From positions 2,816,001-2,880,000 of the forward strand of contig OY970218.1 of assembly GCA_963713975.1 (NCBI GenBank): DNA of 64,000 nucleotides, written 5' to 3'. Shown here piece by piece: positions 1 to 9,227 of this stretch (its first letter is position 1; every line of letters starts with the position of its first letter). The translations under genes were made by a program, and so were the position numbers. Source of the DNA: an uncultured Chloroflexia bacterium. GTDB lineage: Bacteria; Chloroflexota; Limnocylindria; Limnocylindrales; CSP1-4. The notes under the pieces were generated by a model. That model ran no database searches. It was given only the letters and a program-made list of their open reading frames with translations, and was not told the DNA's origin.

Positions 1-372
1 ACCGGGTTCGGGACGGAGCGTCGGCGCCGGTCCGGCATCCGGGTTATCGCCGGCATCCCGGTCGATCGCCTCCGCGACGGCCCGTGCCGTCTCCGCGGTG
101 CGGCCCAGCGGGGAATGGACGATCTCGATCGGCCGGCCGCCCGGGACTGGCAGCGCCGGAGACGCGTGCGGCCGGGCCAGGCGTTCCGCGGCCAGGGCCG
201 CCTGACGGCGGCCCATGGGGGACAGGGGCGTCTCGCTCTGGCCCTGGAACCGGTTCTCGACGATCCACTCGGACTCCCCGTGGCGCAGCAGCACGAGCGT
301 GGCGTCGATGCCCTCGGGGATCAGCGGCGGGGGAGCCGGGAGGGGACGCCCCGCCGTCTCGCCGTCGGTCAC
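1..372 (-). CDS. Histidine phosphatase (phosphoglycerate mutase-like) family protein, truncated by the window edge; candidate phosphoserine phosphatase
   Basis: Not in the ORF track. Manual translation from GTG at 372 gives ...LVLLRHGESEWIVENRFQGQSETPLSPMGRRQA...IVHSPLGRTAETA (RHG motif and SPLxR motif). Its start overlaps the serA stop (GTGA). Confidence 0.85.
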   Translation of the reverse strand, partial: MTDGETAGRPLPAPPPLIPEGIDATLVLLRHGESEWIVENRFQGQSETPLSPMGRRQAALAAERLARPHASPALPVPGGRPIEIVHSPLGRTAETARAVAEAIDRDAGDNPDAGPAPTLRPEPG

Positions 373-1952
373 CGGGCGCCGTCCAGCCGGATCACCCAGG
401 TGTCGATCGTCGCGTCGTCGGCCTGGATGGCCTCCACGACGGCGGGGGGAACGTCGTCGTCGAGGGCCAGCACCATGTACGCCTCCGCGCGCGGCGCAGA
501 CCGGGCGAGGGTCATGGAGCTGATGTTGACGTCGGCCGCCCCAAGGAGCGCGCCGACACGGCCGACCATTCCCGGGCGGTCCATGTGCTGGGAGATGAGC
601 ATGACGCCGGCCGGGGCAAGGTCCATGGCGTGCTCCTGCAGGCGCACCAGGCGTGCCTCGCCGTTGGCGACGGTCCCCGCGAGCGTGACGGTCTGGCCCT
701 CCGCCTCCGCGGTGATCGTCAGCAGCGAGGCGAAGACGTCCGCGTTGGAGGTCTTGCGCTCGACCACGTTGATGCCGCGGGCTTTTGCGAGCGTGGCGGC
801 ATTGACCAGGTTCACCCGTTCCTCCGTGTCCTGCTCCAGCAGGCCGCGGAGCACGGCAGCGGTCAGCGACGATGCGTCGTAGGCGGCAGGCTCGCCGGCG
901 ATCTCCAGGGTCAGCGTGCGGGGTGCCGTCCGGGCGAGCTGCGCCGCGAACCGGCCGAGCGTCTCGGCCAGCGGCAGATAGGGCGCGATCACCTGGGCCG
1001 TCTCCGGGGTCAGCAGCGGCGCATTGACCGCATACCGTGCCGAGCGTCCGTCGAGCACGTCCAGGATCTGCTCGGCCACCTCCTCCGCCACCGCGACCTG
1101 TGCCTCGGCCGTGGAGGCGCCCAGATGCGGGGTCAGCAGGGTGTTGGGCGCGTCGAGGAGTGGCGATCCGGTGGGCGGCTCCGTGTTGTAGACGTCGATC
1201 CCGGCCCCGCCGACCTTGCCGGCCATGAGGGCGGCGGCGAGGTCCGCCTCGTCGATCACGCCGCCGCGAGCGACGTTGAGCAGCAGCACGCCGGGCTTCA
1301 TCCGGTCGATGACGGCCGCGTTGATGAGGCCGGTCGTGGACTTCGTCTTGGGGACGTGGACCGTGATGGCGTCCGAGCGCCCCACGAGATCGTCGAAGGG
1401 CACCAGCTCCACGCCGAGGTTCGCGGCCTGCTCCGGCGTCACGAACGGGTCCGAACCCAGGACGATCATCTGCATCGCGTGCGCCCGCACCGCGATGGCC
1501 TGGCCGATCTTGCCCAGGCCGACGATGCCCAGGGTCTTGCCGCGTACCTCGATGCCACTGAACTGCGAGCGCTTCCACTCGCCCCGGCGCATCGAGGCGT
1601 CGGCCGCGGCGGTCTTGCGGGCGAGGCCGAGCAGGAGTGCCAGCGTCAGCTCCGCGGCGGCGATCGTGTTGCCGGTGGGTGCGTTGACGACGACGATGCC
1701 GGCCCGCGTGGCGGCCTCGAGGTCCACGTTGTCCACACCCACGCCCGCACGACCGATCACGACCAGGCGGGTGCCGGCGGCGATGAGCTCGGCGTCCACC
1801 TTGACCTGGCTGCGCACGACCAGCGCGTCGTACTCGGGCAGGATCGCGGCGATCTCGTCGCGGGGCAGGCCGAGCTTCTCGTCGACCTCATGGTGGCGGC
1901 GGAGCAGCTCGACGCCTTCGTCGGCGAGGGCCTCGACGATCAGGATCCTCAT
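369..1952 (-). CDS. serA: D-3-phosphoglycerate dehydrogenase (with ASB and ACT domains)
   Basis: RAGVGVDNVD, NAPTGNTIAAAE, GLGKIG, NVARGG and TPHLGAST motifs; C-terminal ACT domain (DRPGMVG). Confidence 0.96.
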   Translation of the reverse strand: MRILIVEALADEGVELLRRHHEVDEKLGLPRDEIAAILPEYDALVVRSQVKVDAELIAAGTRLVVIGRAGVGVDNVDLEAATRAGIVVVNAPTGNTIAAAELTLALLLGLARKTAAADASMRRGEWKRSQFSGIEVRGKTLGIVGLGKIGQAIAVRAHAMQMIVLGSDPFVTPEQAANLGVELVPFDDLVGRSDAITVHVPKTKSTTGLINAAVIDRMKPGVLLLNVARGGVIDEADLAAALMAGKVGGAGIDVYNTEPPTGSPLLDAPNTLLTPHLGASTAEAQVAVAEEVAEQILDVLDGRSARYAVNAPLLTPETAQVIAPYLPLAETLGRFAAQLARTAPRTLTLEIAGEPAAYDASSLTAAVLRGLLEQDTEERVNLVNAATLAKARGINVVERKTSNADVFASLLTITAEAEGQTVTLAGTVANGEARLVRLQEHAMDLAPAGVMLISQHMDRPGMVGRVGALLGAADVNISSMTLARSAPRAEAYMVLALDDDVPPAVVEAIQADDATIDTWVIRLDGAR

Positions 1953-3112
1953 CGCACCGCCTCCTCGCTCGCCACGAGCGCCTGTTGGGCCGCCGCCACG
2001 GCGGCTCCCGGCGTGACCTCGAGGCCGACCTCGATCGCGGTTGCCTCCATGGCGCCGATCGCGGCCAGGATGTCGTCGGTGGTGACCGAACCCAGGTGGC
2101 CGAGCCGGAAGATCCTGCCCTTGAGCTTGCCCTGCCCTCCCGCGAGGACCAGGCCGCGTCGCTTCAGCCCCGCGTTGAAGGCCTTCCAGTCGAGCGTCTC
2201 GGGAATCCAGGCTGCGGTGACGGTCCTGCTGGCCACGTCGTCCCCGGCGAGGAGATCGAAGCCCATGGCGCGGAGGCCGGCCCGCGTCATCGTCTGGCAG
2301 GCAGCGTGACGGGTGAAGACCCCGTCGCCCTCGGCCTGCATCAGGCGGAGGCCCTCGTCGACCTGGTACATCACGGCAACGGCCGGGGTCCAGGGTGTCT
2401 CGCCGTTCACGGCCGTGTCACGGTGGCGCTTGAGGTCAAGGTAGAAGCGCGGCATCCGCGCGGTCTCGCCCGCGGCCCAGGCCCTCGGCCCCACTGCGGC
2501 CATGGCCATGCCCGGGGCGCTCATCCAGGCCTTCTGCGATCCCGTCACGACCAGGTCGAGGCCCCAGTCGTCCATCGCGAACGGGACGGCGCCCAGCGCC
2601 GAGATCGCGTCCACGAGGATCAGCGCGTCGGGTGCGACCTCGCGGATCGCTGCCGCCTGTGCGCCGATGTCGCTGGTGACGCCAGTCGAGGTCTCATTGT
2701 GGGTCAGGAGGACGGCCCGCAGGCCCGCGATCGCGGCCGCGGCTTCCCGCACCGCACCGGCCTCGGGTGCCCGGCCCCACTCGACCTCGAGCCTGGTCAC
2801 GGCGGCGCCGTAGACCTCGGCAACCTTGGCGAACCGGTCGCCGAAGGAGCCCATGGTGACGGCCAGGACGGCGTCGCCGGGCGACAGGACGTTGACGACC
2901 GCCGCCTCGAGGGCACCGGTGCCCGCGCAGGTGAGGAGGATCACCTCGTGCTGCGTGCCGAAGAAGGGCTTCATGCCGGCCTCGACCCGCCGCAGGAGCG
3001 ACTTGAACTCGTCGCCACGGTGGTTGACCATCTGGCGTCCGCCGGCCTCCCGCACGGTGGGCGGGAGGGCGGTGGGCCCGGGGATGCGGAGGTTGGGTTC
3101 GAAGCGGGTCAT
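1949..3112 (-). CDS. Class V PLP aminotransferase (serine-pyruvate/alanine-glyoxylate type), probable SerC substitute
   Basis: RIPGPT, HNETSTGV, VDAISA and GSQKA (PLP lysine) motifs, plus FRLGHLG; start trimmed to ATG 3112; overlaps the serA start. Confidence 0.9.
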   Translation of the reverse strand: MTRFEPNLRIPGPTALPPTVREAGGRQMVNHRGDEFKSLLRRVEAGMKPFFGTQHEVILLTCAGTGALEAAVVNVLSPGDAVLAVTMGSFGDRFAKVAEVYGAAVTRLEVEWGRAPEAGAVREAAAAIAGLRAVLLTHNETSTGVTSDIGAQAAAIREVAPDALILVDAISALGAVPFAMDDWGLDLVVTGSQKAWMSAPGMAMAAVGPRAWAAGETARMPRFYLDLKRHRDTAVNGETPWTPAVAVMYQVDEGLRLMQAEGDGVFTRHAACQTMTRAGLRAMGFDLLAGDDVASRTVTAAWIPETLDWKAFNAGLKRRGLVLAGGQGKLKGRIFRLGHLGSVTTDDILAAIGAMEATAIEVGLEVTPGAAVAAAQQALVASEEAVR

Positions 3113-3186
3113 GGGGGAAGTCTCCTGGGTCGCAAGGGGATGCCCTGCATGGTGCCCGACGTGACACGATGCGTCCACCAAGGTAT

Positions 3187-3200
3187 ATATGACGTCATAT
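3187..3200. promoter_or_regulatory. Palindromic operator for vapBC autoregulation
   Basis: Perfect 14-bp palindrome ATATGACGTCATAT overlapping an AT-rich -10-like region and the antitoxin start codon. Confidence 0.6.
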
Positions 3201-3447
3201 GGCCACGATCCGGACGACGATCCTCCTCGATGCCGACCTGATGGACCGGCTCGAACGCCACGTGCGCCGGCAGTCCAGCACCAAGACCGCCGTGATCGGG
3301 GCCGCGATCGAGGCGTGGCTGGACTCCCACGAGGCCACCCCGGAGTTCCCGTTCCTGGGGATCGGACGCAGCTCCCATGGCCGTCTCTCGCTGGACGGGC
3401 GATCGGTCACGCGGCGCGAGGCGGGCCGGCGACCCGGGGACCGCTAG
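3199..3447 (+). CDS. vapB: Ribbon-helix-helix (CopG-like) antitoxin
   Basis: RTTILLDADLMDRLERHVRRQSSTKTAVIGAAIEAWL fits an RHH pattern; lies directly upstream of a PIN gene. Confidence 0.75.
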   Translation: MATIRTTILLDADLMDRLERHVRRQSSTKTAVIGAAIEAWLDSHEATPEFPFLGIGRSSHGRLSLDGRSVTRREAGRRPGDR

Positions 3448-3861
3448 GTGGCGATCCTGCTCGACCCGTCGGCGGTGGTGGCGGCAGCCGACGTCTCGGA
3501 TCTCAACCACCGCGCGGCGGTCGCCTGGTTCTCACGGGCCGATGAGCCGCTGCTGCTCGGGGCACTCGGTCTCGCAGAGCTGGACCTGCTGCTCCAGCGG
3601 GAGCTGGGAGCGGCCGCGACGGATGCGGTGATCCAGGCGGTCATCGCGGACGCGATCCGCCTGGTCCCGCCCACGACGGAGGACCTGGCCCGCGCGGTGG
3701 TCCTCATGCGGGAAGCGGCCGAGCATCGGCCGAGGCTCGCGGACGCGCTGCTCGTGGCCAGCTCGGAGCGGCTCGGCGTCCGTCGGGTTGCCTGCTTCGA
3801 TCGGCGGCCACTCGCGGTCTTCCGGCCGCGCCACGTGCGGAACCTCGACTTCGAGCCCTAG
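3448..3861 (+). CDS. vapC: PIN-domain toxin
   Basis: ILLDPS...LAE...LADA...CFDRR acidic tetrad; 137 aa; abuts the antitoxin stop. Confidence 0.85.
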   Translation: MAILLDPSAVVAAADVSDLNHRAAVAWFSRADEPLLLGALGLAELDLLLQRELGAAATDAVIQAVIADAIRLVPPTTEDLARAVVLMREAAEHRPRLADALLVASSERLGVRRVACFDRRPLAVFRPRHVRNLDFEP

Positions 3862-3868
3862 GAATCGA

Positions 3869-3894
3869 AACGGGGCCGGCGGACCGGCCCCGTT
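3869..3894. terminator. Probable bidirectional intrinsic terminator
   Basis: Hairpin AACGGGGCCGG-cgga-CCGGCCCCGTT between convergent vapC and RDD genes. Confidence 0.7.
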
Positions 3895-3927
3895 CGTTGG
3901 GCTGCTGGGGGTGGATCGCCGGACGCG

Positions 3928-4644
3928 CTAGGCGACGCGCTTGACGACCACCGTGCTGGCCTTGAGGTCATGGAAGCCCTGGCGCTTGGCGTGCTGGGAC
4001 GTCGTCCAGATGAGGAACACGAAGTAGGCGAAGGTCGCGAGGCTGATCAGCGTGCCCAGGATCGCGATGTCGGTCGCTCCAAGCACCATCTGGACCACGC
4101 TGGCCAGGACGAAGACGCCGTACAACCAGCCCCAGCGAGCGATCGCCTGGTTGCGGGTGAGGGTGGCGCCGTCGGCTGCGTTCACCGTCTGGAGGTTGAG
4201 GGCCTTCTGGCCCAGGGATGCCCGCATCGCGGGATTGGTCCAGCCCCACACGAAGTAGACCGCAGACAGGAACAGGGTCGCGGCACTCAGCAGGAAGGTC
4301 GCGATGAGCACGAGGAAGAACCCGCCGGTGAGCAGGAACCCGAACAACAGCGCTCCCAGGGCGATCGAGATGAACGCCGACAGGATCCCAAGCAGGATGG
4401 CATCGATGATGAAGGCGATGACGCGGGTGGTGAGGTCCGCGTACACGATCCCCGGCGCAGGGCCGGCGGCGGCTGCCACGGGCTGGTAGTTGGACGGGAC
4501 CTGGAAGCCGGCCGGCGCCTGCCCCTGAGCGGGCGGAGGCGGTGTCTGCCAGCTGCCGCCGTCCTGGGGCGGCGCCTGGGCGGGCGGTGGCGCCTGCGGA
4601 GGCGGAGCCTCAGGAGTCGGAGCACCCTCGATGGGATCTGACAT
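3928..4644 (-). CDS. RDD family membrane protein with Pro/Gln-rich N-terminus
   Basis: RVIAFIID, SLGQKALNL and RQGFHD motifs; multiple TM segments. Confidence 0.85.
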   Translation of the reverse strand: MSDPIEGAPTPEAPPPQAPPPAQAPPQDGGSWQTPPPPAQGQAPAGFQVPSNYQPVAAAAGPAPGIVYADLTTRVIAFIIDAILLGILSAFISIALGALLFGFLLTGGFFLVLIATFLLSAATLFLSAVYFVWGWTNPAMRASLGQKALNLQTVNAADGATLTRNQAIARWGWLYGVFVLASVVQMVLGATDIAILGTLISLATFAYFVFLIWTTSQHAKRQGFHDLKASTVVVKRVA

Positions 4645-4826
4645 CGTCTACCTCCCTGTCCGGCTCCCCGTGGGCCGGGATCACGCCAGCATAGATCGCC
4701 GCGCGACGCGTGGGTAGCCCATTTGTGCGTGCGGTTCCGTTGCGCAACACTGGCGACGGCGTCGTGGCCGAAACATGAATCTCGCGATTGAATCGACCCG
4801 AGTTCGGTCAACCACGGTCAGACGGG

Positions 4827-4854
4827 TTGAATCCGGGCGTGATCGTGTCATGAT
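4827..4854 (+). promoter_or_regulatory. Putative sigma70 promoter for the 4900 gene
   Basis: TTGAAT-N16-CATGAT with TG extension; AGGAG RBS before ATG 4900. Confidence 0.4.
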
Positions 4855-4899
4855 CGAGGCGTCAGACATCCCCGCAAGCCCTCAGGAGTCGAGCATAGA

Positions 4900-5208
4900 A
4901 TGCGTATCCGCAGTGCCAAGATCGAGGAGTTGACGCCCATCAAGCGTGAGCGCGCACTGTCACCCCGGCAGCTCGCGGCGCTGCAGCGCGACGAGGAGAT
5001 CCGCAAGGCTCTGGCCCGCCTCAAGAGCGACGACGACATCATCGCGATCGAGCTCGACCCGGCCGAGAAGATCCCCACCATGCGCGCGGCCGTGAAGAAG
5101 GCGATCGCCGCGCACAGGCCGGGAACGTCGATGGCCATCCGCGGCCGGACGATCTATGTCTCCACCGGCAGCCTGCCGGGTGGTCGCGGACGCAAGCCAA
5201 AGGCCTGA
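4900..5208 (+). CDS. Small basic hypothetical protein with C-terminal GRGRKPK (AT-hook-like) tail
   Basis: Strong high-GC codon usage, RBS, 102 aa, Arg/Lys-rich. Confidence 0.75.
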   Translation: MRIRSAKIEELTPIKRERALSPRQLAALQRDEEIRKALARLKSDDDIIAIELDPAEKIPTMRAAVKKAIAAHRPGTSMAIRGRTIYVSTGSLPGGRGRKPKA

Positions 5209-5288
5209 CCGGGGCGCGCCGGGGGCGTCGCATGCAGGTCGTGTCACGCGTCTCTGGTGCCTGAGCCACCCGCGGAGGCAGCCCCACG

Positions 5289-6218
5289 ATGTCCACCCGA
5301 TCCAGGCGCCACATTCCGTGGGCGCGACTCGCGCTGGTCGCGGCCGTGCTGGCTGCGGTCGCCGTGGTGGCGGTCTGGGCCAACGTCCTGGGGGCCGCCG
5401 ACAGGCTGGCCGGCGTCGCCCGGCGCATCGAGCTGTTCATCGACCCGCCGCCGGACCGTCCGATCGACGAGGCGATCTTGGTCACGCCCCGGCCGATCCC
5501 GACGGCGGCACCCGCGTCCTCGGCCGCTCCCTCGCCCGTGATCGTGCTCGCACCCGGGCGGACGGCCGCTCCCTCGCCCAGCCCGTCCCCGTCCCCGCGG
5601 CGGGTCGCGGTGGATGTGGACCTGCTCAAGAACCCCGCCAGACGGTTCGTGTCCCAGGTCGACCACGAGTGGTGCGCGGTCGCCGGCACTCAGATCGTGC
5701 TCGCCATCAACGACAAGGCCCCTGTGACCAACGCCTTCCAGCGGGAGCTCGCGGGTCGCATCGAGGAGTGGGAGAGTCGGCGCGACAGCCGGAACGGCGG
5801 CTGGGGGCCGGCCGCGATGGTCGCGGCCCTCGAGGCGTACGGCGTCCACGGCTACGAGGTGCGTGCCTACCAGACCCGCCAGGACGCGCTGAGCGATGCC
5901 GCCCGGACGATCGGATCGCTCCGTGCCCCGGTGCTGCTGCTCGCCTGGCGTGGCGCGCACACCTGGGTCATGACCGGCTATCGGGCGGACGCCGACCCGT
6001 TGGTGTTCGAGGACGCGAAGGTCAGCGGCGCCTACATCCTCGACCCGTGGTACCCGAGCGTCTCGTCGATCTGGGGTCCGTCCGACCCGCCGGGGACGTT
6101 CCAGGACATGGCGGAGATGCGCCGCAACTACCTGCCGTGGGATCGGCCCGAGGGCAAGTACCCGTCCCGCGACGGCCTGTTCATCGCGGTGGTGCCAACG
6201 GAGCCGCTCAGCCGGTAG
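5289..6218 (+). CDS. Membrane-anchored C39-like (papain-fold) cysteine peptidase
   Basis: N-terminal TM, Pro/Ser linker, SQ..WC (catalytic Cys), GAHTWVMTGY (His), YILDPW (Asp). Confidence 0.7.
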   Translation: MSTRSRRHIPWARLALVAAVLAAVAVVAVWANVLGAADRLAGVARRIELFIDPPPDRPIDEAILVTPRPIPTAAPASSAAPSPVIVLAPGRTAAPSPSPSPSPRRVAVDVDLLKNPARRFVSQVDHEWCAVAGTQIVLAINDKAPVTNAFQRELAGRIEEWESRRDSRNGGWGPAAMVAALEAYGVHGYEVRAYQTRQDALSDAARTIGSLRAPVLLLAWRGAHTWVMTGYRADADPLVFEDAKVSGAYILDPWYPSVSSIWGPSDPPGTFQDMAEMRRNYLPWDRPEGKYPSRDGLFIAVVPTEPLSR

Positions 6219-7584
6219 GTCCGGCAGCCACCGGTCCGTCGCCTCGATGCACGCGCCGGCCGAGCGCCAGGCCCTGCAGGACCACCCGGACCGCGGTCCC
6301 GGCTGCGAACCCCAGCGGGATCGCGAGCACGCCGGCGGGCTCGAGGAACACCAGCGTCGTCGCGATCGTGACCCCGAACCCCGCCAGCGACGCGAGCACC
6401 GGCAGGACGGTGTTGTGGGTCGCGTACAGGCCGCGTGCCGTCAGGTGACCGAGTGCGTCGAAGGGCACGGCTAGGGCGAAGACAGCCAGCACTGCCGAGG
6501 TCGTGCGGACGTCCTCCTCGTCGAAGGCACCGCCACCGAGGAGCACCTCGATCGCCAGCCCGCCGACGATCGCCAGCCCGATCGCCGCCGCCACGCTGAA
6601 CAGCCCGATCGTGATGGCGTTGCGCCGCACCTCGCGCCAGAAGCCGGATCGATCGCCCGCTGCCCACGACGTGGACAGGCCGGGGAAGGCGGCCAGCGCG
6701 ATGGACACCCCGAACAGGGCCACCGGCACGCTCTGGAAGTTGCGCGCGAAGCTCACCGACGAGACGCTGCCGGCGGCGAGCGTGGTCGCCACGCTGGTGA
6801 AGAACAGGAACGTGAGCGGCTCGATGGGGTGACTGAGCATCTTGGGCACCATCAGGCGCAGGAACTCGTGCAGGGCCGGCATGTGGAGATCGAGGCGTGG
6901 ACGGATCCGCACCGACGACTGGCGCACGATCCCGATGACGCGGATCCCGAGATGGAGGACGGCGCCCATCACCGCTCCCACGGCCGCTGCCCGGATCCCC
7001 ATCGAGTCGTGGAACAGCAGGGTGCCGGCGACGATGCCGACGTTGTAGAGGATCGGCGCCAGCGCGTAGTACAGGAACCGGCGCTCCGCGACCAGGATCT
7101 CGCCCAGCGCGATCGAGGCCGCGAACAGGACCGGCGTCACGAGCATCAACTGGAACAGCTCGAGGTACCGGGCGCGATTGGCGGCGTCGAACCCGGGGGC
7201 GATGAGGTTCGCGGTCTCGGGCGCAACGATCAGCAGCAGCAGGCAGACGACCGACATCACCAGTACGGCGAGGGTGAGGACCGTCTGGGCGAACCGCGAC
7301 GCGGCGTTGGGGTTGTCGCGGCCGAGCGACGTGAACACGGGCACGAACGGGGCCGTCAGGCCGGAGGCGACGAGCACGTCCAGGGCCAGCTCGGGCAGGA
7401 CGAAGGCCGCGTTGTAGGCGTCGAGCTCGGCGCCTGCGCCGTATGTTCTGGCGAAGATCCGGTCCCGCATCAGGCCGGCGGCGTAGCTGGCGAAGGTCAG
7501 GATCGCCAGCAGGATGGCGCCCTGGGGCAGGAAGCGTGCCGACAGCGCCCGGATCGCCAGCATCGGTCCCGTCGTCCTCCGCAT
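6208..7584 (-). CDS. murJ: Lipid II flippase MurJ/MviN family protein (copy 1, short)
   Basis: GLMRDRIFARTYGAGAELDAYNAAFVLPE, FVPVF, PILYN and LAAGSVS motifs; about 12 TMs. Confidence 0.85.
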   Translation of the reverse strand: MRRTTGPMLAIRALSARFLPQGAILLAILTFASYAAGLMRDRIFARTYGAGAELDAYNAAFVLPELALDVLVASGLTAPFVPVFTSLGRDNPNAASRFAQTVLTLAVLVMSVVCLLLLIVAPETANLIAPGFDAANRARYLELFQLMLVTPVLFAASIALGEILVAERRFLYYALAPILYNVGIVAGTLLFHDSMGIRAAAVGAVMGAVLHLGIRVIGIVRQSSVRIRPRLDLHMPALHEFLRLMVPKMLSHPIEPLTFLFFTSVATTLAAGSVSSVSFARNFQSVPVALFGVSIALAAFPGLSTSWAAGDRSGFWREVRRNAITIGLFSVAAAIGLAIVGGLAIEVLLGGGAFDEEDVRTTSAVLAVFALAVPFDALGHLTARGLYATHNTVLPVLASLAGFGVTIATTLVFLEPAGVLAIPLGFAAGTAVRVVLQGLALGRRVHRGDGPVAAGPTG

Positions 7585-7684
7585 CGCCGCAGGCGCGGCG
7601 CCGGCCCTTCAGACGCGGCGCGCTCCACCGATGGGACGGTACCCGGTCGAGAAGGCTGGTGGAGGTCCCGGCGACCGCCCGCGG

Positions 7685-9202
7685 CTACCCCTCGGCGTCG
7701 CGCCGCTCGGTGTCCGCGAGCTTCCGGCGACTCTCCTCGCGGGCTCGGGTGAGCTTGCCCGATGCGCCCATCCCGTCACCCGCCGGTCCCGGCACGGGGT
7801 CGCGCGGCGTCCGGCCGGCGGCCCGTGCCGCCTCGCGCTCGCCCGTCCGGAAGGCCATTCGCTCGCCGATCGTCCGCTCGTAGCCCTGGTCCGACGGCAG
7901 GTAGTAGCGGCGGTCCGCAAGCTCGTCCGGCAGGTACTGCTGGTCAACGTCGTGCCCGGCGAACTCGTGCGGGTAGCGGTAGCCGACCCCGATCCCATGG
8001 TGCTTCATCCGGCGGTCCGCGGCGTTGCGCAGGTGGTTCGGGACGGGGAGCGAGCCACGTTCCACGACGTCACCGGCGGCCATCCAGTAGCCACCGCCGG
8101 AGCGGTTCGACTTGGGCGCCGTGGCGATGTAGATGGCCGCCTGCGCCATGGCGTAGGAGGCTTCCGGAAGGCCGATGTAGTCGAGGGCCTGCGCCGCCGC
8201 GACCGCAACCTGGAGCGCACGCGGGTCGGCGTTGCCCACGTCCTCCGATGCGCTGATGATCAGCCGTCGCGCGATGAACCTGGGGTCCTCGCCGGCCGCG
8301 ATCATCGCCGCCAGCCAGTAGAGCGCGGCGTCCGGGTCGTTGCCGCGCAGGCTCTTGATGAAGGCGGACACAGTGTCGAAGTGTCCGTCGCCGGCCCGGT
8401 CGTAGCCGAGCACGCGCTGCTGGGCCGCGCCCTCGACATGGGCGAGGGTGGGGGAGAGGTGGCCATCGGGATCGACGGCGTCGTCGTCCTCCGCCAGGGC
8501 CACCGAGCCCTCGAGGATGTTGAGGGCCTGGCGCGCGTCGCCGCCCGCCACCTCCACCAGGTGCTCGAAGGGTTCCTGGGCCATCGCCACGCCGCCACGC
8601 GGCCCGAACGCCCCGGCCAGGCCCCGCTCGGGATCCTCCAGCGCGCGCCGGCAGATCGCGGCCACGTCGTCGTCGGTCAGGGGTTCCAGCCGCCACACCC
8701 GCATCCGGGAGAGGAGCGCGGAGTTGACCTCGAAGTAGGGGTTCTCCGTCGTCGCCCCGATCAGGGTGACGGTGCCGTCCTCGACATGCGGCAGCAGTGC
8801 GTCCTGCTGGGCCTTGTTGAACCGATGGATTTCGTCGATGAACAGGACCGACCGTCCACCGTGGAGCGCCAGGCGGTCCTGGGCCTCGGCGATGGTCGCC
8901 CTGACCTCAGCGACGCCCGACATGACGGCAGAGACGGTGCGGAACTCGGCACCGACGGCGTCCGCGAGCAGGCGGGCGAGTGAGGTCTTGCCGGTGCCCG
9001 GCGGCCCCCACAGCAGCATCGAGGCCAGGTGGCCACGGGCGGTCGCGCGCCGGAGCGGGCCCCGCTCGCCGACCAGGTGACCCTGGCCCACGAACTCGTC
9101 GAGCGTGCGCGGGCGCATGCGGGCGGCAAGCGGCTGTCGCTCGGGCGGTGGCTTGAACAGAGCTTCGGGACGGGCGCCGGGAACGGCGCGCCTGGGCGGC
9201 AT
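7685..9202 (-). CDS. rarA: Replication-associated recombination protein A (MgsA)
   Basis: [54 protein letters not shown] and APKSN motifs. Confidence 0.95.
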   Translation of the reverse strand: MPPRRAVPGARPEALFKPPPERQPLAARMRPRTLDEFVGQGHLVGERGPLRRATARGHLASMLLWGPPGTGKTSLARLLADAVGAEFRTVSAVMSGVAEVRATIAEAQDRLALHGGRSVLFIDEIHRFNKAQQDALLPHVEDGTVTLIGATTENPYFEVNSALLSRMRVWRLEPLTDDDVAAICRRALEDPERGLAGAFGPRGGVAMAQEPFEHLVEVAGGDARQALNILEGSVALAEDDDAVDPDGHLSPTLAHVEGAAQQRVLGYDRAGDGHFDTVSAFIKSLRGNDPDAALYWLAAMIAAGEDPRFIARRLIISASEDVGNADPRALQVAVAAAQALDYIGLPEASYAMAQAAIYIATAPKSNRSGGGYWMAAGDVVERGSLPVPNHLRNAADRRMKHHGIGVGYRYPHEFAGHDVDQQYLPDELADRRYYLPSDQGYERTIGERMAFRTGEREAARAAGRTPRDPVPGPAGDGMGASGKLTRAREESRRKLADTERRDAEG

Positions 9203-9227
9203 GGGGCGATGGTAGGCCCCGGCGGCG

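Noticed and set aside
84-2309. 741-aa plus-strand ORF, and similar long ORFs such as 11024..13549, 21614..24508, 30273..33404 and 35094..36824
   Set aside because: Antisense shadow frames of well-supported genes, expected at this GC content; no motifs and biased R/G/H/V composition
9156-9167. GAAC-AGAG-CTTC LexA-like site near the rarA start
   Set aside because: Inside the coding sequence with a core mismatch and poor flanks; likely chance
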